DNA from: Eledone cirrhosa
Taxonomy: Eukaryota
Assembly: GCA_964016885.1 (NCBI GenBank)
Contig: OZ024744.1
Span: 68,820,001 to 68,884,000 of the forward strand
Direction of reading: 5' to 3'
DNA length: 64,000 nt
Of this stretch, positions 1 to 13,846 are shown piece by piece. The notes below the pieces were generated by a model that ran no database searches, was not told where the DNA came from, and worked only from the letters and a program-made list of their open reading frames with translations. The first letter of the stretch is position 1. Each line of letters starts with the position of its first letter. Both the position numbers and the translations under genes were made by a program.

Positions 1-38
1 AGTGTGTATCATAGCAGTGTTTTAGTAAATAAAACTCC

Positions 39-70
<32 letters not shown>

Positions 71-221
71 ACTGTGTGTGTGAAATTCAGACAGTCTACA
101 CGCACATCTCACACACACATCCCCATAAATATGTATGTATGTATGTATATGTATATATTTACATGTATGTATGTGTATATGTCGAAACGGCTTGAACTCT
201 GCCCTGGGGGTTAAACATTTT

Positions 222-308
<87 letters not shown>

Positions 309-899
309 ATATATATATGTATATATATATAAATGTATATATATATGTATATATTTAACGAAGAGTATAAATAACTAATTAGATGGTTATATGTAGTTAT
401 TAGAAATGATTATAACAGAGTTATTAGATGAAATAACTATAATAATAAGTATAAATGTAATAACGAGAATATAAAGAATAACTGATTTGGTTTATATACT
501 TCACGTGAATAAATTAAAAAGTACCTATAAAACAGTTTCCAAGACTTGTTATTGTTGTTATTGTTGCTGATGTGAAAACAGCGAGCGAACAGATTATATT
601 GTTGTTGTTGGAGTCCGTGGTAATAGTTGAGACCATAGTGAATGAGAGAGAGAGTAATGGTTTGTATACCTCTGAATGGTCTGTAATTGGTTGTAGACCT
701 ATGTGGCTTGTACATGGACTGTAATGGTAGGGCTCCAATCTCTCTGTGTGTATCTGTAGACCTCATGGGGTCTGTTGATAGTGGTTTTAGTGTTCTGTCA
801 GACCCAGGATTATTTACTTGAGTAAATATCACCAGAATCTAACTACTAATCTTTATACAGAAAAGGATAAGATATATTTACAAAACACCATATCGAATA

Positions 900-1145
900 C
901 AATGTTCATTTTATTTAAACTCCCTCATAATCGTGGTACTCAAAATATCCTCACCCATATTTAGGTTTAGTCCAAGCTCGTTGTTAACATCTCCAGTGTT
1001 GTAGGTTCGAAGGAAAGGCACCAAAGAGAGAAAGAGGGGGCTTGGTTGCCTCTATTTATAACCTCTTTCCGGAAGCTGCAAAAGAGGGTTCTAGACTTTC
1101 GGCGGGAAGTAACTCTAACTACTTCCCTGTCTAGAGAGCGCTACA
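900..1145 (-). repeat. Putative 3' LTR of the Gypsy element
   Basis: Starts TGTAG 3 nt after the PPT; contains TATAAATA (~1053-1060) and AATAAA (~910-915) on minus. The distal boundary is uncertain. Confidence 0.6.
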
Positions 1146-1481
1146 TGACTCCCCTCTCAGACGAGAAGTCGAATGACCAAATGAAATCATTGTAGCGAGA
1201 ACATGAGGAGCAAGGCAAAAGGTACAAGAACATGAATGAATAAAACATGCGTAAGCAAATAGCAAAATGAGCATAAAACAAGTAATGCATTTTTACAAAG
1301 AATGTTTGAATGTAACAAATGATAAATCATAGTCATACAAAGGAGCAGAGGATATTGATGCTCAATAGTAAAATCAATGTTTTCCAAAGTCAAATAGTTC
1401 ATACAACACTAGTGTACAGACTTTTCTGACACTAGTTCTATCTGAAAACTGAAAAAGAAAAGGTATGTTAATGCATGGGGT

Positions 1482-4400
1482 TTAAATGTATATTGTTTTT
1501 GAGAGTTTTCGTGGCCATTTTACCGTCCTGCCACCTCGTGTGATGTAAGGTTGTGTGGTATGTGGTGTTTGCGGTGGAGGTGAAAGTGTTGGTGTAGGAG
1601 TGTATGTACGAGGTGTATCAGGCAGTATGATGAGACTTTCGGAGAAAGCCTTTTTTGCTCTGTCAATGGATATTGTCTCTTTTCGGCCATTGACAGCCAC
1701 TGTGAAATGTTTGAGTGTATGCGAAAGCACACGAAAAGGTCCATTATAAGGTGACGTAAGAGATCCCTTGGCGGAATCATTCCGTATGAAAATGTGTGTC
1801 CACGTAGAGATGTCCGATGCGACAGCAGACGAAATAGATTGGTCATGAGGGTTCATCGGTGGAAGATCCGGAAATACGAACGAATCCTGGTGACATATGA
1901 TGCTGGGTCAAGATGTGATGAATCCACTGGTGCTAGCATTTGTCCAGGAAGAGACAAGGTGGTACCATAAAGAAGTTCAGCAGAAGAAAAACCTAAATCT
2001 GTCTTAATGGTAGCACGACAACCAAGAAACACGATAGGCAAAAATTCAGTCCAACGTTGTCAATCAGGAGTAGCGTGAAGTGCAGCTTTCAACTGCCTAT
2101 GAAACCTCTCTATCATTCCATTGGAGGCTGGGTGATAGCTGGTCGTAATGATGTGATGAGCACCCAAGAGTCGTGATATTTCACGAAATAAGGAAGCCTC
2201 AAATTGGCGTCCACGATCCGTAGTTATTTTAGTAGGAACACCGAAACGAGCAATCCAATTGGAAATGAAAGCTCGAGCAACGGACTCTGCTGTTATGTCC
2301 AAGAGGGGTATGGCTTCAAGCCACCGAGAGAAACGATCGATACAAGTCAATATGATGTGAATCCACGACTAACGGCCCATGGACCAACAATATCCATGTG
2401 TATATGACGGAAACGTGCGTCAGGCGGGCTGAATTTCTCAAGAGGAGCGCGGATATGTCGATGAATCTTAGAACGCTGACACTTCAAGCAAGAATGTGCC
2501 CACCCGGTGATTAAACGACGCATATTAGGCCAGAAGAATCGAGCCGTAATAAACTTCACCGTGGCAGCTATGCCAGGATGTGACACGGAAGGAAGTGCAT
2601 CAAAAACGATGCGCTGATGACAATCTGGAACAAGTGGTCTGGGTGAGCCAGTAGAAACATCGCAGAGAATTTTCACTTCAGAAGATGGAAGAGGTAAATA
2701 TTCCAATTTGCAGCAGGAGAACTGGTCAGAGGAAATGTCCAACGAATCCAATGTAGGTTGGTCAGTTGCAATGGCAACTAAATCGATATGTGCAGGAGAC
2801 GCAAGAGAACACACAGAAAGCCGAGATAGTGCGTCTGCGGGTATGTTGGAAGTTCCGGCTATATGACGGATGTCACTGGTATACTGTGAGATGAGATCCA
2901 GATGTCTATACGCTCTCGGAGAGTACTTGTCGGACTTGTATTGTAAAGCGAATGTTAACGGTTTGTGGTCTGTGAATATCGTGAACTCCCACCCCTCCAA
3001 AAGGTGGTGGAAGTGCTTCACGGCAAGATAAATCGCCAAAAGTTCTCTGTCAAAGGTGCTGTATCTCTGTTCTGCTGGTTTTAATTGGCGAGAGAAAAAT
3101 GCCAATGGTTGAACTTGGTAATCGATTACATGATGCAAAACTGCGCCAACAGCACGATCAGATGCATCAACAGATAAGGAAAGTCTCGCATTTGCAACAG
3201 GATGGGCAAGGAAAGAAACTTTAGCAAGCTCACATTTGACGGATTTAAAAGACTGAATGCATCGGCAGAAAGTGAAATTTGTTCATCTTTCTTTTTTGCA
3301 GCTCTTAAAAACTGTGTCAAGGGGAATAACTTGTCCGCACAGTTAGGAATAAAGCGACGATAAAAATTAATTAGTCCTAGGAAGTGGCGTAATTGTTTCA
3401 AGGATGTGGGTGGTGCTAATTGCTGAATCGCCTCTACTTTAGATGGCAAAGGACGAATGCCTTATGAATCTATAAGGTGTCCGAGGAATTCCAGTGAATC
3501 TGCACCAAACACACATTTAGCTGGGTTGATTCTCACTTGGTACGATTGGAGACGTTGAAATAACTGAATAAATGAAATAACTGTTGATGATGATCATCAT
3601 TCGAATCGCTGGCTATGAGATCATCAACGTAAGCAAACACGAAATCCAATCCACGCGTGACTTCATCGATAAAACGCTGGAATGTACTAGAAGCATTCCG
3701 CAAACCAAAAAGCATGGATAGAAATTCAAACGAACCAAAAGGGGTGGTCACAGCTATTTTTGGTATGTCTTCCGGATGCATGGGCATTTGATGGTAAGCC
3801 CGTACCAGATCTATTTTAGAAAATATCTTGCATCCATGCAGAGCGGATGAAAAATCCTGTAAATGTGGTAGAGGATAACGATCAGGTGTTGTGATAGCGT
3901 TAAGTCGTCTATAATCACCCACAGGTCTAAAATCCGCTTCACCCTTACGAGCCAAATGAAGCGGGGATGCCCATGGGCTGGTGGACGGTCGTATAAGACC
4001 AAGTTGAAGCATGTGATCGAATCATCCCTGGCTTTTTTTAGCTTGTCTGGAGCCAGCCTACGTGGCCGAGAAAAGACAGGCGGAGCAGTTGTTGCAATAA
4101 AATGTCGAGTCGCGTGGATTACTTGGTTCGGTTTAAATGAAATGTCAGTTAACTCGGGAAATGAGGCAAGAAGAGAATGAAACTGGTTTCCAGAGGCAGC
4201 TATGAAACACGCGGGACTTGTGGAGGCAACAGTAGAACCATGAGCAGGCGTAGATAAATATGTGGTGCCATCCACAAGTTTCTGTTTCCTGATATCTACT
4301 AACAGTGAGTAGTGGTGTAAAAAATCCGCACCGAGAATAGGGTAAGGTAGGTCCGCTACAACGAAATTCCATTTGAAATCCCGACGCAAAGCTAGGTCCA

Positions 4401-4575
4401 ATGATAGAGACATTTGTCCATAAGTTTTTATAGGAGACTGGTTTACTGCATACAAGGAAATACCGGAAAAATTTGGCTTGGTACAGCTGAAACGAAGTGG
4501 CCAAATACTGCAACTAGATCTTGTGTCGACCATAAACGATTTGTTTGAAGTTCGATCTTTTATTAAAAAAAGCAC
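1482..4575 (-). pseudogene. pol: Frameshifted Gypsy pol polyprotein (protease, RT, RNase H, integrase)
   Basis: FMVDT..S protease remnant with PILGADFL; RT SPWASP..DYRRLN..FGLRNA..YVDD; RNase H YSTFDRELLA..TDHKPL; integrase [27 protein letters not shown]. Split across at least 7 ORFs by frameshifts and stops. Confidence 0.93.
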
Positions 4576-4611
4576 GATAAGGAGAATTAATGAGGGAGAA
4601 ATCTGCCGTGC

Positions 4612-5330
4612 CCAGATTACAAAGACAAGACAAGACCAAGTTTATAGTATAAATGGAGTCGTTAGACTAATATTCTATTTAAAATAACAGAATGATTTCC
4701 AGCTCCGGAGTTTAAGAATGATGTAAATAAAATTGAAAACGAAAATGACAGAGGTTATTAAAATAGTAAAAGTAAATAGTGAAGATTTAGGCCAGTACAT
4801 ACGTATGCCCCATCGGACATACACATACATACGCACACACAAATACATACACACCTACAAACACACACACACACACACACGCACGCGCGCGTATGTATAA
4901 AACTTATGCATTTCTACAGTATTTTCACCAAACTTAAGACATAGGATACTTATGTACTCCGGATGGTCATGGGCACTGTTATTTTTCCAGATATTGATTA
5001 TAGGGCCTCCCGGCAGATAACCCCGTTTAACCACTTCCTGGGAGTCGACTGAAGAACTGCAGTGCAATGCAACAAAACGTCATAACTTCTGGAGTTCGCA
5101 ACCGATTTTCACAAAACTTGACACATGGGCTACGTTTGTCCTACAGATGAATGTGAACTCTCAGAATTGGCACATATTGAGTAGAGGGCCCCTGGGGGCA
5201 GGAAACCCCTTTTGGAAAAAGCCGATGATTTTGTAAAAGTATAGTTTTCGAAGCAGCACTGGAGTATTGACATAAATGGTATACACAACTGCTATTTAAT
5301 ACCCGAGCAACGCCGGGTACCTCTGCTAGT
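4612..5330 (+). mobile_element. Non-autonomous Helitron-like element, copy 1
   Basis: 3' hairpin TACCCGAGCAACGCCGGGTA (~5300-5319) followed by CTAG|T (5326-5330); internal (CA)n; a second copy lies at 5393-5978. Confidence 0.65.
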
Positions 5331-5392
5331 ATTTATATATAGAAAGAGAGAGCCATATATCGTATAAGAAATACGGCATATTGTATATATAG

Positions 5393-5628
5393 CAAACTAT
5401 ACTTTTACAAAATCATCGGCTTTTTCCCAAAGGGAGTTCCTGCCCCCAGGGGTCCCCTACTCAATATGTGCCAATTCACATTCATCTGTAGAACAAACGT
5501 AGCCGATGTGTCAAGTTTTGTGAAAATCGGTTGCGAACTCCAGAAGTTATGATGTTTTGTTGCATTGCATTTCAGTGCTTCAGTCGAAAATACTGTAGAA
5601 ATGCATAAGGCTTATACACACACGCTCA

Positions 5629-5672
<44 letters not shown>

Positions 5673-5689
5673 TGTGTGTGTGTCTGTGT

Positions 5690-5779
<90 letters not shown>

Positions 5780-5978
5780 TTGTATGTCCGTCGGCGCATG
5801 CGTATGTACTGGCCTAAATCTTCACTATTTACTTTCATAATTTTAATAACCTCTGTAATTTTCGTTTTCAATTTTATTTACATCATTCTTAAATTCCGGG
5901 GCTGGAAATCATTCGGTTATTTTAAATAGAATATTAGTCTAACGACTCCATTTATACCATAAACTTGATCTTGTCTTT
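5393..5978 (-). mobile_element. Non-autonomous Helitron-like element, copy 2 (inverted, internally deleted, lacks terminus)
   Basis: Reverse-complement match to 4618-4925 and 5045-5247. Confidence 0.65.
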
Positions 5979-6301
5979 GCATGAAATTGTTCTTCTCAGT
6001 CCACATAACGACGTATTACCCTCGCTTTTTTCCCCGTTCGTTGCCAGGGATCGTCTTCAGGAACCAAAGTATCGTCTTCCTGTTTTCCTTCGTTACGAAA
6101 AGGTGGAGCAGAGAATCCCGCGTCAACTAACAGCTCGGGAGGAAACTGCTTATGTCGAACATTCATTCGCCATCGTTCTTGTCAACGGTCCGTTTTTTTG
6201 GTATTTGTTGGTCTACAGTTAGATGAATTGCACACAAAGGGTTAATGTTTATTGACAAGAAGTTTTTTGAATAATAAAAGACAGGTTAAAGCAACCTACA
6301 A

Positions 6302-6560
<259 letters not shown>

Positions 6561-8243
6561 GCAAAAAAACAAAAACACATTAGTGTTGATCATATTTTTT
6601 TAAATTGTAATGTAATACTCAGAAGTATTTTCTTAGAGCTTAATATTTGTAATTGACTACTAAACTGAAATTAATCTGCTCCTCCGGTAGAGCTGAATTC
6701 ATAATCATATATTTACGGCTGTTATTTCTAGTGCCATGGATATGAGCCAGAATGCTGAGAAGGTCGTGTGCAAAAGCACATGTATTAGGCTTGCGACAGA
6801 TCAGTCTTAAGATTATTATCTTAGGAGAAGTGACTTTAATTTCTGGGTGCCTACTGAAGATCACAGAAAATTGATTACTTCACTAATAATTATTTTATAA
6901 ATAGTTGTTCCGTAATTAATTAATTATTTCATTATTGTGAAACAGGTTTATGTTTTGAAGTTCCGCCCGATCTGCTGAAATGGTTTGAATTTTGAAATTT
7001 AAACTTGTCTAGGCACCAGGCAGTTGCCATTTTACGTCTGTAAGTATAGATTTAATATTTAATATTTTCTAGATCGATACAGGCGGACTATATGTACTTG
7101 AATTAAGGTATTTCTATCTGGCTAAAAAATTATTGTCATTTTGCAAAAAAAAAACCAAAAAAAAACACATTAGTGTTGATCATATTTTTTTAAATTGTAA
7201 TATATATTTATATATATGTGTGTGTGTATGTGTGCATATATATATGTGTGTATGTATGTGTATCTATATATATATATGTGTATATATATGTATATATATA
7301 TATGTGCATGTATATATGTACGTAAGTATGAGCATGTAAGTATGTGTATGTGAGTATATGTATTTTGTAGAGGTGTGCATATAAGTTTGTGTGTGAATGC
7401 GTGGGCGTAAGGATACGTACACTTGAAAGAAAAATTTAAGTCTGAATGTTAATTAAGTGCAAACACAAAACCAACCATGCATATCTATACTATCTCTAAT
7501 CCTTCTATAGATTTAGAAAAATAACCAACGCCAAACAATATATTCTATAAAAATGTCAAAACAACAGATGGGAATCTAATTACTCACTGCCACCAAAAAT
7601 TCTCACTGCTATCAAAAAACCACTCCCTTAACTATTCTTCTAACAACTCCCTCCTAATATTCTCTATAAAAACCAAACAGGTTCTCAATAAAATTATTCT
7701 GATGAAATGACAGTTGATAATAACATTGAAATATTGAATGTCTGCATAACTAATACTTTTGTAGATAACAGCTGTTTTCAGGTTATGTAACTGTTATTGA
7801 AACACGTGTCAATAAATTCCTTTTAACTGAACTCTATCCATTTAAATCCTTCTATTTTCTCCGGATTACTTTTGAAACTACAACTGGAACCGTCGAGCAA
7901 ACACTACGTGAGCTGTCCATCTACTGTGTGTGTAATATTCATATTACAACACTACGGAAAATACTGTATATATATATATATCAAAATGAAAATCCGAAGG
8001 CAAGGTAAGATTCCAATTATTTAATCACGACACATGTTTCAATAAGAGATTAAATGATTGGAATTTTACCTTGCCTTCGGATTTTCATTTTGATACTTAT
8101 ACTCCGTTTTACATCATCTAGCTATTGCCTCGAATGGAATTGGAGATATACAAAAGCGTGGAGAACTTAATATTGCTAACATAAAGTTATTGGACCATTT
8201 TACACAACCAATAATGCACCTTACTATATATATATATATATAT

Positions 8244-8773
8244 TTATTAGAAAGTGAGTTTTTTTTTACAAAATGAAAAATAACCGAGGTGTCCTACACG
8301 AGTGAAAGTATAAAGAAAAAAGATGAAATCGAAAATGCAACTGGAGTCTTCTTTAAAAAAATATATATATATTTATTTGGTTCCTTTACCGGTTTCGCAG
8401 TTCTTCTGCTTTTCAAAAGTAGAGTTGAGATGGAGGGTCTGTTGTTTTTCTCACATCAGATGTGAGAAAAACAACAGACCCTCCATCTCAACTCTACTTT
8501 TGAAAAGCAGAAGAACTGCGAAACCGGTAAAGGAACCAAATAAATATATATATATTTTTTTTTAAAGAGAAAAACCACAGACCCTCCATCTCAACTCTAC
8601 TTTTGAAAAGAAGAAGAACTGCGAAACCGGTAAAGGAACCAAATAAATATATATATATATTTTTAAAGAAGACTCCAGTTGCATTTTCGATTTCATCTTT
8701 TTTCTTTATACTTTCACTCGTGTAGGACACCTCGGTTATTTTTCATTTTGTAAAAAAACCCTCACTTTCTAAT
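8244..8773. repeat. Foldback repeat, Penelope pLTR-like, with hammerhead-like CAGAAGA..GAAACCGGTA core
   Basis: 8244-8455 is inverted against 8462-8562 and 8567-8773; flanked by (TA)n. Confidence 0.7.
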
Positions 8774-8894
8774 ATATATATATATATATATCTGTGTGTG
8801 TGTGTGTGTGTGTATATATACATATTTGTTATGTGTATATTTATATATGTGTATATGTGTTTGTATATGTGTATATATGTGTGTGTATATGTAT

Positions 8895-8945
<51 letters not shown>

Positions 8946-9334
8946 GCGTGTGTGTGTGTGTGCGCGCGTGACTGTGTGTGAATGTAGCGAAGATAATACG
9001 TCAGAATGACGTTATGCAGACAGCTTGGCATACAGACAGATATTATAAGAGCGCGACAGACATGGATAACCGGTGCATACAGGAAATTGAAAAAAAAAAG
9101 AGGCAGTTAGTGTCTTTAGACCGCAAGGAATATATAAATGCAAGTTTGAAGTCAATCGGAGTAGAAATGTGGATTTGTATAGACTTTGCAAAAATGAGGA
9201 CACACAGACAACATCAGTTTTATATATATAGACTAGCAGAAAACCACCCACGGGGTGGTTTTCTGCTAGTCGATATATATTTAACACACACACAAACACA
9301 CAAACACAGACACACACACACATACATATATATA

Positions 9335-9370
<36 letters not shown>

Positions 9371-9374
<4 letters not shown>

Positions 9375-9716
9375 GAAAAAGGGATGAAATCGAAAATGCA
9401 ACTGAAGTCTTATTTTTTTTTTAAATATATATATTTATTTGGTTCCATTACCGGTTTCGCAGTTCTTCTGCTTTTCAAAAGGTGAGTTGAGATGGAGGGT
9501 CTGTGGTTTTTCTCACAGACAAACCACAGACCCTCCATCTCAACTCACCTTTTGAAAAGCAGAAGAACTGCGAAACCGGTAAAGGAACCAAATAAATATA
9601 TATATTTTGTAAAAAAATAAGACTTCAGTTGCATTTTCGATTTCATCCCTTTTTCTTTATACTTCCACTCGTGTAGGACACCTCGGTTATTTTTCATTTT
9701 GTAAAAAAACCCTCAC

Positions 9717-9724
<8 letters not shown>
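9371..9724. repeat. Second copy of the same foldback family
   Basis: 9371-9510 is inverted against 9520-9660; near-identical to 8244-8773. Confidence 0.7.
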
Positions 9725-9790
<66 letters not shown>

Positions 9791-10144
9791 CCATGTTCAT
9801 ATTTTGAGATGCATTATTCTCAAATCAGATTATTATCTCTGACAGGAAGAACCAGTTTATAATTTTTAAGAAAAATTAAGCATACAGACATATTTTAGGA
9901 AACTTATGAATTCCTGTACACACACACACACACACACACACAAATACTTACACAGATACACACAGACACACGCACAGACAGACACACGCGCATACAGACA
10001 CATACGCTAACACACACATACCATACACACACTCATACATACGCACATATGCACACACGCTAACACACACATACACACGCACATACACACTTAAACCTAT
10101 ATATATGTATATATATAGAGAGACACATAATATACATATATAAT

Positions 10145-10191
<47 letters not shown>

Positions 10192-10905
10192 ATATATACA
10201 CACACACACACATACAACACACACCCATATATATAACACACACACGCACGCACATACACACACATATAACACACACACACATATATATAACACACACGCA
10301 CACACATACACACACACATACACACACACATATAACACACACACACATACGCATACACACGCATATAACACACACACACGCATACACACACATATAACAC
10401 ACACACACATATATATATATTATATGCTCAGCCCCAGTGAGTTGGTTAAAACACCAAAAGCCAGTCTTAAAGTTGTCGTCTGTAAATTCAAAGAACTCGG
10501 CTGTGTATGGCTAGATGTCCATGGTAACTACTTCAAGGTCGCGCGTGCCATGGCTGGGAACGCAGATGTCACGTGCTGGCCTAGAACGCTGGTTGTTGGA
10601 ATCAGTTGTCGACGACATAACATATATATTATATGTGTGTGGAATAGTATAAATATTTCTTCGTATTTACTAACATATATATATATATATTATATTATAT
10701 ATACATACATTATATATATATTATTAATATATATAAAATCAAGACCGAGAAACTCGACGTAGCGATTTGTAGATTCAGTTACCAATATATTATATAGCAC
10801 TGTCTTTAAATTGTAATTAAATAGTAATTATCCCTGTTATTGAGAAATAGGTGATTACGCAAAAATGCATATGTATGTACACACACATATACATATATAT
10901 GTGTG

Positions 10906-10984
<79 letters not shown>

Positions 10985-11102
10985 TAAAATAAAAGATTAA
11001 AGTTTAAGCAAAGAATCGGTGCTTTCACCCTTAACGGGATCTTCTGAAACTAACCAATATATATATATATATTCCTGGTGATTTCTCAAGAATGAAACAG
11101 TT

Positions 11103-11356
11103 CTAGTCTATATATATATTACACACACAGAAATGTATATATATTTCTGTGTGTGTATATATATATATATATATATTACACACGCAGAAATGTATATATA
11201 TTTCTGTGTGTATATATATATATATATTACACACACAGAAATGTATATATAAATCTGTGTGTATATATATATATTTCACACACAGAAATGTATATATATT
11301 TCTGTGTATGTATATATATATATATATTACACACACAGAAATGTATATATATTTCT
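11103..11356. repeat. Tandem array of hairpin units ACACACAGAAAT-gtatatat-ATTTCTGTGTGT separated by (TA)n
   Basis: About 5 units visible; the same unit recurs about 3 times at 13895-14022. Confidence 0.8.
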
Positions 11357-11475
11357 TAGAACAAAATTATTATTAATGTTTTGCTGTTCATAACAATTGG
11401 AATTGAAAAATTACTTTTGAAATTATTAGTTATTTTACTAATGCTTAGATATGTAAAAATGAAGCAATGTTTCTA

Positions 11476-11667
11476 ATAATTGTTTCTACTTTTGGCACAA
11501 GGCCAGCTATTACCTAGTACATTACTGGTACTTTATTTTATCGACCCCGTGAGGATGAAAGGCAAAGTTCACCTCGGCGGTATTTGAACTCAGACCGTAA
11601 AGAGACGTAACTCCATGCTATGAAGCATGGTGTCCGACTCTCTACAGATTCTGCCAATCCACCGCCC
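11476..11667 (-). mobile_element. tRNA-derived SINE, near full length
   Basis: Minus strand has A-box-like TGGCAGAATC and B-box GAGTTCAAATACC, then the central domain GCCTTTCATCCT..GGGGTCGATAAAATAAAGTACCAG (resembles the MetaSINE-type domain). Partial copies at 17433-17531, 18562-18655, 49560-49605 and 56921-57013. Confidence 0.8.
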
Positions 11668-12219
11668 TAATGTCTGTACGTAATGAGGGAGTGAGAGGGG
11701 AGAGAAAGAAAGGCAGAGGTGAAGTGACGAAGTGACTCTCTCCTCCTCCTCCTCCTCCTCCTCCTCCATCTCCCCATTCGTCACAGTGATAGAGGGGAGG
11801 AATGTTAGTGTGTTACAAAGAGAAAAAGTGAGAGTGAGAGAAACAGACAGACTAAAAGAGAGGGATAGCTGGAGAGAGAGAGAGATAGCAACCACGCGCG
11901 CACGTGTTTCCACTGTCGGACAGACAGACAGACAGAGAAATTGCTGGTTATATATTATAAGGAGATACATGTTCACTAGAAGAATATGTACAAAGGTGGA
12001 ATCATAAGTGAAACCTTATAGCGCTATTTCATACCTGGAGAGTGTGGCTAAAAGACTATATATGTAATCGATCATCGAATAAAAGAAAAAAAATCAATGA
12101 ATATATTCGATCCTCGAAGACAAACTATCAATCATATGTATAAATATGTATATATATTCAAAATATAAAATGTATGTATACAGAGAGAGAAGGAAAGATC
12201 ATTGAGAAACACATAGTAT

Positions 12220-12250
<31 letters not shown>

Positions 12251-12355
12251 TTAGTAGATATATAAGAAAATGTACATGCTTTATATCTACAAAATACTGT
12301 TTCTCAATTGATACATGGCTCTCTCTCTGCCTCTGTCACTCTCTCTCTTTCTCTC

Positions 12356-12487
<132 letters not shown>

Positions 12488-12550
12488 CATATATCTATTA
12501 ATTTGAATTATCGGCAGTTGTCCATTGAGCTTTTCTAGTGTGAAACATAA

Positions 12551-12599
<49 letters not shown>

Positions 12600-12688
12600 G
12601 TGTATTAATATGTGTATATATATGTATATATATATATATATATATAGATATATAAATGTATATACATATATATGTGTGTGTAATGCCT

Positions 12689-12722
<34 letters not shown>

Positions 12723-13277
12723 TGAAGTATAAGTTAAGTAGCAATATGCAAGAGGAAGAGCACTCAGTCCATAGGACGAGTTTAGTATAAACTAGCAGAA
12801 TGGCCTGGTGTTGCTCGGGGTGTGCTCTAGGGTTCTTATATATTTTATATATATTTATCCTTATCGAGCCTCGTGAAATAAATACGTTTGTCTATATTTT
12901 GTTATTGTGTATGCAAAAATATCTGTACACGAATATATAATTATATATATATAAATGGAAAAGAATGAAACGAAATTTCATTTCTCACTCTTTGTACGGC
13001 TGGTACTTAAATGTAAGTATGTATGTATACGTACATACATATATGTATACAAACGTACAGTAGTATGTATATATATATACATACATGCACACATATATAT
13101 ATATGTACGTATGGGTTTACCGAACATTTATTATAATGCTCGGTTTGTTTGTTTGTAAACAAACAAACAGCCCGAATTATGCCGTACAGCGTTCAGGCAA
13201 CCATCGTCACCTTTTTGTTCAACACTGAAACAGGAACGATGTACTAGTTTCAAGCTTATTAGCTATCGTCAGCATAT

Positions 13278-13404
<127 letters not shown>

Positions 13405-13489
13405 TAACAGATTAAAGTTTAAGTAAATAATCGCTGTTTTCACACTCAACGGGATCTTCTGAAACTAAAAAGATCAATCTGTGAAATCA

Positions 13490-13846
13490 GAAGTAAATAT
13501 TTCGAAAAACGTTACACACTATATATATACATATATACACACACACAACGTTTAAATGTCGTAATGCAGACAGCCAGTCATACAGACAGATATTATAAGG
13601 GCGCAAAGTTATAACTATGTATCTATCTTAAAAGAAAACTAAGAATTTTAGAGAGAGATCGCTAAATCGCCTAATGCGGTCCCGAGGGCATTGAAAATTT
13701 GGAATATTTTTTTCTCAAAACACTCATAGAACCATAAGTATTACATGTGTAAAGTTTGAAAACAATCGGCTTGATGGTTCTCGAGTTTTTGTGATCGGAC
13801 AGACAAACAGACAGACAGACATAATTCTCTCTTTTAGATTTATAGA
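13490..13846 (-). mobile_element. Non-autonomous Helitron-like element (5' part)
   Basis: Minus strand begins TCTATAAATCT followed by (TCTG)n; an inverted homolog lies at 16303-16730 and a partial one at ~9010-9230. Confidence 0.55.

Larger units (their letters stand above)
900..4600 (-). mobile_element. Decayed Ty3/Gypsy LTR retrotransposon (pol plus 3' LTR; gag and 5' LTR missing)
   Basis: Minus-strand ORF pieces in Gypsy order PR-RT-RNaseH-IN, then a polypurine tract GAGAGGGGAG (1149-1158) and LTR start TGTAG at 1145. Confidence 0.92.

Noticed and set aside
11103-11356. CRISPR-like palindromic repeat array
   Set aside because: Spacers are only (TA)n, the context is eukaryotic and there are no cas genes.
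11570-11667. tRNA gene
   Set aside because: A and B boxes are present but there is no cloverleaf; it is the SINE head.
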